47,222 nt of DNA from Candidatus Altiarchaeota archaeon (GTDB lineage Archaea > Altiarchaeota > Altiarchaeia > IMC4 > QMZM01): contig JAFGDV010000007.1 of the NCBI GenBank assembly GCA_016931955.1, forward strand, positions 1-47,222. Direction: 5' to 3'. Within the stretch, counting starts at the first letter, position 1, and the number at the start of each line of letters is the position of its first letter. Below the pieces are notes generated by a model that saw only the letters and a list, made by a program, of their open reading frames with translations, was not told the DNA's origin and did not search any database. Positions 1 to 8,728 of this stretch are shown here, in pieces. A program made the translations under genes and the position numbers.

Positions 1-5
1 AAAAA

Positions 6-78
6 GAATTCGCCATCAGGCGAATTCCATTTCTCTTTTCCATCAATGCTTTTCTCTTTCCTAAAGAGAAAAGGATTG
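6..78. repeat. Double-hairpin dispersed element, copy 1 (GAATTCGCC-atca-GGCGAATTC, then a CTTTTCTCTTT/AAAGAGAAAAG stem)
   Basis: Two inverted repeats read directly (6-27 and 44-78). The same architecture recurs at 22518-22579. Confidence 0.7.
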
Positions 79-195
79 GTCAACAGCGTCCTGGGCTTCC
101 CACTTATTAAGCAGTACAACCCAGATCGCTGGACGGCTTAACTTCTGCGTTCGGGATGAGTGCAGGTGTTGCCCGCCCGCTGTGGCCGTTGACCA
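77..195 (-). rRNA. rrf: 5S ribosomal RNA (stand-alone)
   Basis: The reverse complement is 119 nt with complementary ends (TGGTCAACGGC...GCTGTTGACCA) and the 5S core CATCCCGAAC-N-GAAGTTAAGC, plus GTACT and GGGAA in the 3' domain. Confidence 0.95.
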
Positions 196-217
196 TTAAG
201 GATATCCGATTTTGGGG

Positions 218-224
218 TTAAAAA
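218..224 (-). promoter_or_regulatory. TATA box of the 5S rRNA gene
   Basis: TTTTTAA on the minus strand 23-29 nt upstream of the 5S 5' end, which is canonical archaeal spacing. Confidence 0.55.
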
Positions 225-241
225 TCAATCCATGGGGGCAT

Positions 242-1042
242 CTAGCATCCTTCAAGGCATTCTTCCCTGTATTCTGCTGGCATCTGCATGCATGCTTGCT
301 TGCATAAGTCGCTTAGGTCCATTGGTTCTGCGGGTAGGGTGAATAGGCTGTCATCTGGTGTCTTGAGTGTGACGCTGGTCGCAGTCATCTTATAGTAGCC
401 TTCCTGTCCGGGAGAGGTTCCAGTTGACTCCACTAGGAGGGGTATGTAGTGGTTTGGGTGCACGCAGTACCTGACTGCCTCTTCGTTGGTTGTCATCTTG
501 AAGCATTGAGCTGTCACGCCTGCGATAACCTGTGTGCCTTCATAAACTGGTTTCTCTATGTCTTCCTCTATTTCTGAGGTCATATCCTCGAGATTGAAGC
601 CGTAGTCTGCTTCCTCCTGTGTTTCTCCGCCGAAGCAGCTCCATTCTCCCTCCATTTTTGTGCAAAAGTATGTTCCCTTGGGGATGTTGTAGGCTCGCAT
701 CTCCATTTCTTCTCCCTCGAAGCTGCCTGCTGTGTCCATCCTGAATTTCTCGCCGCTCTGGTATTGAGTCTGTGTCATCTTATCTGTTTCGCCTGCAGCC
801 GATGTTGTGATATCATATACTATGGTGTAACCAGATGGTTTGCCCAGGTTGAATAGGCTCTCTAATGATATTCCTTGAGGGGATGTTGTTGTAGTCTTTC
901 CTGTTGAAGCCAATGTTGTTGTCGTCTTTTCTCCTGCTATTGTGGTCGTTGTCGCGTTTGGTCCGCCTCCCATGCATCCGCACGTGGCTATCATCCCTAA
1001 GACAACCATAAGTGTCCATAATTTTTTGTCTTCGGTTTTCAT
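242..1042 (-). CDS. Putative secreted lipoprotein (Thr-rich linker, beta-rich domain, Cys-rich tail)
   Basis: Signal peptide ending in a lipobox-like ATCGC, TTTT linker, C-terminal CKQAC...CLEGC. RBS GGTGA upstream. Confidence 0.7.
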   Translation of the reverse strand: MKTEDKKLWTLMVVLGMIATCGCMGGGPNATTTTIAGEKTTTTLASTGKTTTTSPQGISLESLFNLGKPSGYTIVYDITTSAAGETDKMTQTQYQSGEKFRMDTAGSFEGEEMEMRAYNIPKGTYFCTKMEGEWSCFGGETQEEADYGFNLEDMTSEIEEDIEKPVYEGTQVIAGVTAQCFKMTTNEEAVRYCVHPNHYIPLLVESTGTSPGQEGYYKMTATSVTLKTPDDSLFTLPAEPMDLSDLCKQACMQMPAEYREECLEGC

Positions 1043-1093
1043 CTTTTAATCACCAAATTATGGTATAGTATTAAGCTATATGGGAATAAAACC

Positions 1094-1831
1094 ATGAAAA
1101 TCCCGGAATCCCATCCAAGGTATGAGTCACTCATGTATAGGCAGAGGATTGTCGAAGGTTTGAGGAAGGGTTATGTTGCTGAGGCGGGGCTTATAGCCCA
1201 TGGGAGGGGTGAGGCCTTCGATTACCTTCTCGGGGAGAGGACTGCTGAATCAGCCTATGATGCTGAGAGGGCTGCTGTTGCAGCGATTCTTTTATCCAAT
1301 AAGCCAGTATTCTCCGTGAATGGGAACACTGCAGCATTGGTTGCCGCTGAGATTGTATCCCTCGCCAAGGTAACCGGCGCAGGGATAGAGGTGAACCTCT
1401 TCCATAGGACGGATGAGCGGGAGAAACTCATTGAGGAGATACTCAAGGAGTTAGGTACTGAGGAGGTTCTCGGAGTCGGAGAAGGTATGGAAATTCTCCC
1501 TCATATTGAGTCTGCTCGTGCCCGAGCTGATCCGGGGGGTATATGGGTCGCAGACACCGTTCTCGTGTGTTTGGAGGATGGGGATAGAACGGAGGCTTTA
1601 GTTAAAATGAATAAGTGCGTTGTCTCAGTAGACCTGAATCCGCTTTCTAGGACGTCACAGTATGCAAGTATACCTGTTGTGGATAACGTAGTCAGGGCTG
1701 TGCCGAATATGATAGAGCTTGCTGGAGAGATGCTGAGTTGGAGTGAAGGGAAGCTGCGGAAAACACTGACTGACTTCAACGAAGAAGAGTGTCTGGAAAG
1801 AATGATTTCACTTATGCGTAAGGGTTTCTAG
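1094..1831 (+). CDS. pps: 4-phosphopantoate--beta-alanine ligase (archaeal CoA pathway)
   Basis: IPESHPRYESL, GLIAHGRGEAFDYLLGE, SVNGN, EDGDR and DLNPLSRT motifs. Confidence 0.92.
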   Translation: MKIPESHPRYESLMYRQRIVEGLRKGYVAEAGLIAHGRGEAFDYLLGERTAESAYDAERAAVAAILLSNKPVFSVNGNTAALVAAEIVSLAKVTGAGIEVNLFHRTDEREKLIEEILKELGTEEVLGVGEGMEILPHIESARARADPGGIWVADTVLVCLEDGDRTEALVKMNKCVVSVDLNPLSRTSQYASIPVVDNVVRAVPNMIELAGEMLSWSEGKLRKTLTDFNEEECLERMISLMRKGF

Positions 1832-2569
1832 CATCTCCTCCTCCATGAAGTGCAGTCTTCCAGGAACTACTAGGATGTGCGGGGGTTTCCCGAAGTCGTA
1901 ATCCTTAACATCTTTGGCCTTCCCGTATCTGATCAATGAGTCGCCTCCGAGACGCGCTGCTCCTATACACAGTGTTTCCTCTGTGAATATACTCTCTCTT
2001 CTTTTCTCCTCTATTTGGAGCAGGATCCTTATTGCATCATTCACGGTCATGTATCTGTCTTCTTCCGCGCGCACGTCTAGGAGGAAGAGGGTGTGTGCTC
2101 CCAGCTTAAGGTTGTCTCTGAGCACGTCATAGAATGACGTTGGATGGTAGCCCTTCTCTGGGTACGGTATAGAAGCTGTTTTGCCGAAGTTATACGCTTG
2201 TAGGCCTGTTTCCATGACTGCTGAGTAGATGGATGATGAATGGATTACCCTGGTTTTTATGCCTGATTTTCCTGCCCTGAGAACTATGTCTGAGTGGGTT
2301 GTCGCAATCATCGGGTCCCCAGAGACCAACAATGCAGCGTCTTCTTTAAGCGAATACTTTAATATGTTTTCATCCGGACGCTCTTCAAGGTCCTGCCTGC
2401 TGAGGATAAGTATTTTTTTGCCTATCAACCCCTCCAGTCTGCCTAAATCGCCGTTGAAGGCGTTGGTGTAGAATTCAGCGTAGACTTTGTCGATCTTCTT
2501 CAGTATATTGAGGGATCGGAGGCTTATGTCTTCTTCGTCATGGATCCCCAAGCCTATGAGGTAGAGCAT
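1808..2569 (-). CDS. dph5: Diphthine synthase
   Basis: Start moved to MLYLIGLG. Motifs AEFYT, GDPMIATTH, GLQAYNFGKTASI, HTLFLLD, PGRLHFMEEE. Confidence 0.93.
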   Translation of the reverse strand: MLYLIGLGIHDEEDISLRSLNILKKIDKVYAEFYTNAFNGDLGRLEGLIGKKILILSRQDLEERPDENILKYSLKEDAALLVSGDPMIATTHSDIVLRAGKSGIKTRVIHSSSIYSAVMETGLQAYNFGKTASIPYPEKGYHPTSFYDVLRDNLKLGAHTLFLLDVRAEEDRYMTVNDAIRILLQIEEKRRESIFTEETLCIGAARLGGDSLIRYGKAKDVKDYDFGKPPHILVVPGRLHFMEEEMLETLTHK

Positions 2570-2585
2570 TGTAGAAATATTTTTA

Positions 2586-2634
2586 GAAAAACAAAAAGAA
2601 AAAGAAAAGAAATAAGGCCTGATTAGGGCCTTAT
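2586..2634 (-). terminator. Hairpin plus long T-tract downstream of the S-layer gene
   Basis: ATAAGGCC/GGCCTTAT stem (2612-2634) followed on the minus strand by ~25 nt of T/C. Confidence 0.65.
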
Positions 2635-2649
2635 CGTGTTTTGGTTCAC

Positions 2650-5553
2650 TTATGCGTGTACATGTGCGTACAGCCACTGGACTAAGGCGTCGCCTGCAGC
2701 AAGTGTTTCCTCGTACTCGTAACCTGCGACAATCAGCAGATTACCGTCTTTCTTAACTACAAACTTGTCTGCTTCTGCGGCGATCTCCTCTTTGGTGACC
2801 GTACACATTCCGTTGACTGCTGGACCGCCTACTATGACCAGGTTCTTGGTTGTGTCGGCGCCGACCTCAGCTACCACCATCCTTCCTATAATCTTGTTCA
2901 CGGTGGATGATGTGTAGGTCTGCTCCTCTGCTCCGCCCACGTCAACAGAGAACTCCTTCACCTTGAAGGTACAGCATCCTGCTGTTACCTCAGTGCCTTC
3001 ATCTTCTTTGGTTACGGTGTCCTCTACGTAGGTGGCTTCTTCTCCAATACCCAGGAAGTAGGTTGAATCAACCGCCTTCGTCGGATGGCACAGTGTCACT
3101 CCATCAATCTTGTTGTCTACGCCCCAGTCTATGGTGTATGTCTGACCGCTGAATGGTGCGATCAACAAGGTGTCTATGTCCTCATCCAGTTCTTTGATTT
3201 TGTTGGCGTCGTTCGCTGTACCATTTGTTTGTCCGAAGGAGTCATAGAGTTTCACGCTGTTCTTGTACTTGTAGCTGGCACCCTCGTTGTAGCCTCTATC
3301 GGAGAAGTCTATAACTGTGACTTCGTCGGCTTCGTCTTCTGCCCTGAACACAACCAACAGGTCGTCGTCGTTTCTTGCCTTAGATCCTGCTAGTCCATCG
3401 CTGTTGTAGTCGCAGGTGGCGTTCTCTGTTTGGTTGGAGTTCATGTCCCAAGCAAGGCCGCACTCTCTAATGACCTCCAGGGATAGGGCTGTGTCCATGT
3501 CAAAGTCCTCGAATTTCCCTACCATTGTTGGGTCTATAGTCAGCTCGAAGTCAGTTCCACTGTTATCAGAGTACACTATGGTGTTGGTGCTCTCATCGAA
3601 CCACAGAATTCCAGCATATCCGCCTTCTGCATCAGCTTTCCAGAACAGGTCGTCCACGTCAAGCGATATGTTGGCGTCTTTCTCGTAATCCGGCGGGTCT
3701 GTGTCATCCATAGCATCAACGAGAGATAACTTCCTTATCTTTATGTCAGCAATACCAGTACAGTTACATGTCGGCGTTGATCCAATCCCTGCAAGACAAG
3801 TTGCTAGCCCTCCGGCTGTTACTCCTGTACCGTCTGGGTTACAGACCCTGTCCAGGGTTATCTTCTTCTTGGATCCGCTGATCAACGGCTTCCTTGTAAC
3901 CGCTACCGTATCCTCGGCGTCGCTTGATCCCTTCTTCTTGCCGTACTTTGAGTACTCCCATATGTCCCCATCCAGGAAGAACATGTCTCCCTTAGAGAAC
4001 GGACCCTCGGATATCTTGACGTCATCGTATCTGTTTCCATCGTCTCCTGTTAAGCTGATGGCTAGATCATATACGTCTGATCCTCTCTCTAACACGATTG
4101 CGTCAGCTCCTCCGGAGCATTCCATGTCCCTGTAGTTGCCTGTCATGTAACCCTTAAAGGTCAGCATGAACTGGCTTGGGAAGTTAAGGGCTTCATCCTC
4201 TCCGAGCGCATCGACACCCTCTATGTCGTCCTTTAATACAACCTCTATCTTATGCAGGACTTCATAATTGTTCCCTAGCTTTGTGTCGTATTCGCTGATG
4301 TCGCAGTCGAAGTCAGGATCTGCTGCAAGTGTAGCGTTGCATGGACCCTTAAAGTCGTCCCAGTACACCTTCCATCCTTCGTATTCGACGCCTCCGAGCT
4401 CAAGGTCTTCTGCATCTTCTAATACGACCTCGCTTGAGGTGTCATATACTATGATGGATGCTGTCTCAACTGCGCCGGCTGCTTCGGCGTATACGCCTGC
4501 TACCTCCAGTTCATCGACGACGCCGTTGGCCATCTTGGATATCTGTACCTGGACTATGGTTCCATCAGGCTTCTCAACGTCGAGCAGGATACCTGCGACC
4601 TCATACTCGCCTGAGTATATGAGGTGGTCTATCTTAAACTTGTATCCATGGAACTCTGACGTGTATCCTTCGCTTGTTATGTCGTCCAAGACCTTACCCT
4701 CTGCAAGGAATATCTCGTCACTGTCTATGTCTTTCACATAGTATTCCTTGCCCATGAAGATGATCTTACCTCTGTACTCGAAGTCGGCGAACTTTTCTGT
4801 GGTTCCAGTGGTTATATCCATGTCCTCTAGTGGGATGTATCCTACATCAACCACATACTTTATTGCTTCGCTTTCGATTGCCATCTTCAGTGCTTCGCTG
4901 TCGTCGTCGCCTAGGCCTATCTCGTAGTACCTTATCTTGCTCTGGTTTATCATTATCTTCTCTTTCATCTCGTGGGATGGGTTCTTCAGTCCCTCAACAC
5001 ACAGGGTCTTACAGAACAGACAGTGTATGTTGTTGTATGTCCCCTCCAATAGGATGCCTGCTTCCGTCCTCATCTGCTGCTCGCAGGCTAGGGCATACTG
5101 GGTAAAGTCCCCTCTCTCATAGGTCTTCCACGACGTGCCTTCAAAATGGAAACCCTTAGCCTTGTCTTTGCTGTAGAAGTTCGGTGTTGTCGTTATGTTT
5201 CCGGCCTCCTCTGGTTTGTCGTCTTGTACGTAGTCACCGGTTGCGCCGATGGCTGCCGTCTCAATCACTACCTGACCTTGTGGTTCATAGGTTGGCACAA
5301 AGGTCTCAGTCTTTGTCATATACGCTAGGTTACCTACAGTGGCTGCAATATTGCCGCCTGCAACAGCGTCTGTGGCCATGCCCTTCTCACCGACTACAAT
5401 CTGCACTATTGGATTGAAGTTGGCGTCAAAGAAGAAGCCCTTGTCAACGCCTGTCATGTCCATTCCTGCACTGACCGGCGCTGCTAACGCTGCTCCAAGC
5501 ATTGCTGTGCTCGCCACAAAAGTACCTATGCGTTTCACATCAATACTTTTCAT
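2650..5553 (-). CDS. S-layer protein (Methanococcales/Thermococcales-type N and C termini), acidic and Cys-rich
   Basis: Signal peptide KRIGTFVASTAMLGAAL, N-domain IVVGEKG..D..A..IA, C-domain NLVIVGGPAVN...LIVAG. GGAGG RBS and several N-glycosylation sequons. Confidence 0.85.
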   Translation of the reverse strand: MKSIDVKRIGTFVASTAMLGAALAAPVSAGMDMTGVDKGFFFDANFNPIVQIVVGEKGMATDAVAGGNIAATVGNLAYMTKTETFVPTYEPQGQVVIETAAIGATGDYVQDDKPEEAGNITTTPNFYSKDKAKGFHFEGTSWKTYERGDFTQYALACEQQMRTEAGILLEGTYNNIHCLFCKTLCVEGLKNPSHEMKEKIMINQSKIRYYEIGLGDDDSEALKMAIESEAIKYVVDVGYIPLEDMDITTGTTEKFADFEYRGKIIFMGKEYYVKDIDSDEIFLAEGKVLDDITSEGYTSEFHGYKFKIDHLIYSGEYEVAGILLDVEKPDGTIVQVQISKMANGVVDELEVAGVYAEAAGAVETASIIVYDTSSEVVLEDAEDLELGGVEYEGWKVYWDDFKGPCNATLAADPDFDCDISEYDTKLGNNYEVLHKIEVVLKDDIEGVDALGEDEALNFPSQFMLTFKGYMTGNYRDMECSGGADAIVLERGSDVYDLAISLTGDDGNRYDDVKISEGPFSKGDMFFLDGDIWEYSKYGKKKGSSDAEDTVAVTRKPLISGSKKKITLDRVCNPDGTGVTAGGLATCLAGIGSTPTCNCTGIADIKIRKLSLVDAMDDTDPPDYEKDANISLDVDDLFWKADAEGGYAGILWFDESTNTIVYSDNSGTDFELTIDPTMVGKFEDFDMDTALSLEVIRECGLAWDMNSNQTENATCDYNSDGLAGSKARNDDDLLVVFRAEDEADEVTVIDFSDRGYNEGASYKYKNSVKLYDSFGQTNGTANDANKIKELDEDIDTLLIAPFSGQTYTIDWGVDNKIDGVTLCHPTKAVDSTYFLGIGEEATYVEDTVTKEDEGTEVTAGCCTFKVKEFSVDVGGAEEQTYTSSTVNKIIGRMVVAEVGADTTKNLVIVGGPAVNGMCTVTKEEIAAEADKFVVKKDGNLLIVAGYEYEETLAAGDALVQWLYAHVHA

Positions 5554-5580
5554 GTCTTTTCCTCCATTTTTTACGTTTGT

Positions 5581-5637
5581 TACTTACAGGGTATACCCTG
5601 TAAGTACTCTATGAATTATGAATGACGCTATATATAT
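5581..5637 (-). promoter_or_regulatory. S-layer promoter: TATA (5629-5637) and perfect 26-bp palindrome (5581-5606) at the expected 5' end of the mRNA
   Basis: TACTTACAGGGTA|TACCCTGTAAGTA is self-complementary and begins ~23 nt downstream of the TATA box. Confidence 0.7.
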
Positions 5638-5738
5638 TTGTTGCCGAACAGAAAACGAATGAACCGAACTATAGGTCTTTATTAGGTTAAAAAAGTTCAT
5701 ATGGGCTTTATTTTTAGCAATAAAGTTCGAAAAGTTTT

Positions 5739-6815
5739 TTATTCGTTAAAAACCCATTTTTGAATCTTTATCCAGTTTGTTCTGCCTTCTTTTCTCCTTT
5801 CTATGATATTACGCTTCTCTAAACGCTTCATTAGGTCTGAAAGGGTCGCTTTAGGTATCCCCGTAGTCTTATAGATGTAAGCCTGCGTTATTTCATCATC
5901 GGCCTGCTCTATGACCCCCAACACCTTCCTCTCGTTCTCCTCAAGCATGTTGATGACGGAAGACTTTATCTTCCTGCTCTGCGCCCCCTCCACAAGGGTA
6001 ACATCCTCTATATGAGATACCTCCATGCCTTCATGCCCCCCCTCTGGAACCTCTATAACGTCTCCGCCCTCGCCAACAACCCCATCCTCAGTTCTTTCCT
6101 TCGAAACACCCTTCCTCCGTCTCCTAAAAACAGAGTAGACAAAAACCAGTAAAAATAAGGCAATTACTGCAAGAAAATAGAAGATATTGTCTTGTCCGAC
6201 AACACCCCTCTGATTTATCCTGTAATCATACTCGAAGCTGAAATAGGTTGTCTGCGGATAAAGAGACATCTCAGCTGTCAGGTTCTTAGATGACCTCAAT
6301 ATGTCCTTCGGTCTCAGAGAGAGAACATCAGTGCCTTCTGGAAATCTTACATTAACTATGGTCTGACCTGGTGTGGATGTGGTTGAGAAATTAAACGACC
6401 ATATGCTGCCCTTCTTGCTGGTAAGGTCAAGCGTTTTGTACTGAAGCCTTATATTCCTATCATCTGTTGTTCTAAGATAGAACGTAAGCAGTTGTCGACC
6501 GCCAGCCGGGTCGACATCGTATTGCAGAGTATTACCCCTTGAGTCCTTGATCACAACATCCCGTATATCCCCTAGCGTGAGGATTCCGGCTATCGTGTTG
6601 TTGACTTCCAGCCCAACCTCCACATCAACGAAACCGTTCTCATAGACCAGGAGGTTTATGTAGTTGATTTTGTATATGCCAAATTCTTTGACTTCGTTGG
6701 CTTCCTGAGCTGATGCGGATTGGATGAGGATTATGATAACCAGCATCTGGATGAGCCATAAAATCGTCTTAATCCTGGGCGAGTATTTTACCGTAGAGTT
6801 TCTTTCTTTCATCAT
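5739..6815 (-). CDS. Membrane-anchored winged-HTH transcriptional regulator (COG2512-like)
   Basis: Signal peptide, extracellular beta-rich domain, TM helix followed by RRRRK, and C-terminal wHTH ITQAYI...PKATLSDLMKRLEKRNII.RRKEGRTN. Confidence 0.8.
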   Translation of the reverse strand: MMKERNSTVKYSPRIKTILWLIQMLVIIILIQSASAQEANEVKEFGIYKINYINLLVYENGFVDVEVGLEVNNTIAGILTLGDIRDVVIKDSRGNTLQYDVDPAGGRQLLTFYLRTTDDRNIRLQYKTLDLTSKKGSIWSFNFSTTSTPGQTIVNVRFPEGTDVLSLRPKDILRSSKNLTAEMSLYPQTTYFSFEYDYRINQRGVVGQDNIFYFLAVIALFLLVFVYSVFRRRRKGVSKERTEDGVVGEGGDVIEVPEGGHEGMEVSHIEDVTLVEGAQSRKIKSSVINMLEENERKVLGVIEQADDEITQAYIYKTTGIPKATLSDLMKRLEKRNIIERRKEGRTNWIKIQKWVFNE

Positions 6816-7257
6816 CCTTCAGTAGAGAGATTATCTTTGATGAATAGGTTTGGGCTATCTCGGAGACGTCAGCAAGCAGGGACTGCATCTCATCCATGGA
6901 CAATGTGACCTTGTCTGGCTCCATGATCTCTATCGCCGAAGGACCATAACGCATGACGACCGAAACGAACCACCTGAAGTCCATTACAAGCAGCTTTATC
7001 TCAACCACGCCTGAGAAGAACTCGGAGTCCTTATCCTTGTATTTCTGGATGTCGTATAATTTAGCATACATGAGCTTCACGTGCTTTTCCCCCGCTAAAC
7101 CTTCAAATATCGTCTTCTTCAGTGCCTTCTCCGCCGCTTCTCTATCGTTGCTCTGCACTTCAATGAATAATCTTCCGAGTATGGCACCATCCTTCAGATA
7201 AGCATCTACGTCGATACCTTCATTGAATATCTGCTCCATTATGGGCTTGTCCGCCAT
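6769..7257 (-). CDS. Conserved archaeal hypothetical protein
   Basis: Plausible ORF with a YGPSAIEIMEP motif recalled from uncharacterised archaeal proteins. Confidence 0.65.
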   Translation of the reverse strand: MADKPIMEQIFNEGIDVDAYLKDGAILGRLFIEVQSNDREAAEKALKKTIFEGLAGEKHVKLMYAKLYDIQKYKDKDSEFFSGVVEIKLLVMDFRWFVSVVMRYGPSAIEIMEPDKVTLSMDEMQSLLADVSEIAQTYSSKIISLLKDDERKKLYGKILAQD

Positions 7258-7292
7258 TTTTCTCAGAGACTTATTTTTCTCAGAGACTTATT
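7256..7292. repeat. 17-bp tandem repeat (ATTTTTCTCAGAGACTT x2.2) between divergent genes
   Basis: Exact copies at 7256-7272 and 7273-7289. Confidence 0.85.
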
Positions 7293-7315
7293 ATTGTTTT
7301 TATCTTATATTAGAT

Positions 7316-7792
7316 ATGTCTCTGAATGAATATAAACAATGTATGATGAACCTGCTAGCAGATATCAGGCTAAGGTGGTATGACGACGAAAGCCTGCTCT
7401 CAGACGACTCAAGGAAGCTCATAGAGCTCCTCCTGGACTCCCTGGGTGTCTCACGGGATATTGCATCAGACCTGTTCGAGGTATTGCTGTTGGCGAAATC
7501 CAAGGGCGTTGGATTAACCTCCTCTGAGATAAGGAAGGGCATCTTGGAACTCCGAGAGAAAAGAGGTGTTATCGGTGATAATAAATTGTCTTTGAGGAAC
7601 ATACAGATTTGGTTGAAATTCTTCCGCGACCTGGAGCTGGTTGAAAGGATAGGTTCCCGCTATCTTTTCTCCAAGAACAAGAAGCCAAGTGTTCTCTTTA
7701 TGGAGAAAACGAAGCCAGAAGTGATAGACAAAAGCGTTGACTTCATCCACAGACTGCTGGAGGAGATAGAGAAATCCCATAACATCAGGTAA
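7316..7792 (+). CDS. Hypothetical protein, probable winged-HTH
   Basis: Start moved to ATG 7316 (7343 also possible). LTSSEI...LSLRNIQIWLKFFRDLELVER.G.RY fits a wHTH pattern. Coupled to the next gene. Confidence 0.6.
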   Translation: MSLNEYKQCMMNLLADIRLRWYDDESLLSDDSRKLIELLLDSLGVSRDIASDLFEVLLLAKSKGVGLTSSEIRKGILELREKRGVIGDNKLSLRNIQIWLKFFRDLELVERIGSRYLFSKNKKPSVLFMEKTKPEVIDKSVDFIHRLLEEIEKSHNIR

Positions 7793-7794
7793 AG

Positions 7795-8724
7795 ATGGAA
7801 TGCACACGCTGCGGTAGGAATGCTAGTATAGAGATAAACTATTCGAAGGATCTTCTCTGCAATAGATGCTTTCTGGAGTTGTTCGAGAAACGGGTGAGAA
7901 AGAGTATAAGAGCCAACAGACTTCTTAATCCTAGGGACAAGACAGCCGTCGCACTATCAGGCGGCAAAGACTCGGCTGTTGTGCTCTCCATCCTGAAGGA
8001 ATTGCATAAGAGGGCTCCCAGAGCTGGGTTGCTGGCGATAAGCATCGATCAAGGAGTCGATGTTTGCGGAAGAACTCTTGACGCTTCCAGGAAGATTTGT
8101 GAGAGGCTTGGAGTAGAGCACCACGTCTTCACTTTCCGGGAAGAGTTCGGTCTAACCCTGGACGAGCTCGTAAAGAAAACAAGGGGGATAGAGAATGCTG
8201 CGCCAGTATGCAGCTACTGCGGTGTCCTGAGGAGGCGGCTCTTGAACGACAAAGCCAGAAAGCTGGGTGTCTCAAAGATAGCTACAGGGCACAACCTCGA
8301 CGACGAAATACAGACCAGTATGATGAATTTCATTCGCGGTGAACTGGACAGGATGGCGAGGATGGGACCCATCGTCGGCGTAGTACGGGATGCAGGCTTC
8401 ATTCCCAGGATTAAGCCCCTCAGGGACTCGCCAGAGGATGAGGTCTTATTATATGCTAGACTCAAGGGCTTGGAGTTCGAACCTAGCAAGTGCCCCTACT
8501 CTCAGGACGCGTTAAGAAAAACGATAAGGTCGGCTATAGACTTGATCGAGGAAAAACACCCAGGAAGCAAGTTCCAGATGTTGAAGTCGACTGACAGATT
8601 GATTCCCATAATCCGTTCCAGCATGGAAGCAGGCGAGATTAGGAAATGCAGTATATGTGGGGAAGTAACCTCAGGAAGACTTTGCAGGGTCTGCCAGATA
8701 AAAAAAGAATTGGGTATATATTAA
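7795..8724 (+). CDS. ncsA: tRNA 2-thiolation protein, NcsA/TtuA (TIGR00269-like)
   Basis: N- and C-terminal CxxC Zn fingers, PP-loop SGGKDS, CSYCGVLRR, TGHNLDD, RIKPL, CPY. Confidence 0.88.
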   Translation: MECTRCGRNASIEINYSKDLLCNRCFLELFEKRVRKSIRANRLLNPRDKTAVALSGGKDSAVVLSILKELHKRAPRAGLLAISIDQGVDVCGRTLDASRKICERLGVEHHVFTFREEFGLTLDELVKKTRGIENAAPVCSYCGVLRRRLLNDKARKLGVSKIATGHNLDDEIQTSMMNFIRGELDRMARMGPIVGVVRDAGFIPRIKPLRDSPEDEVLLYARLKGLEFEPSKCPYSQDALRKTIRSAIDLIEEKHPGSKFQMLKSTDRLIPIIRSSMEAGEIRKCSICGEVTSGRLCRVCQIKKELGIY

Positions 8725-8728
8725 ACCC

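Noticed and set aside
2570-2677. N-terminal extensions given by the ORF track for dph5 (and likewise trpB, trpE, vapB, 7223 ORF)
   Set aside because: The extensions run through terminators, promoters or neighbouring genes. Family-typical starts lie downstream.
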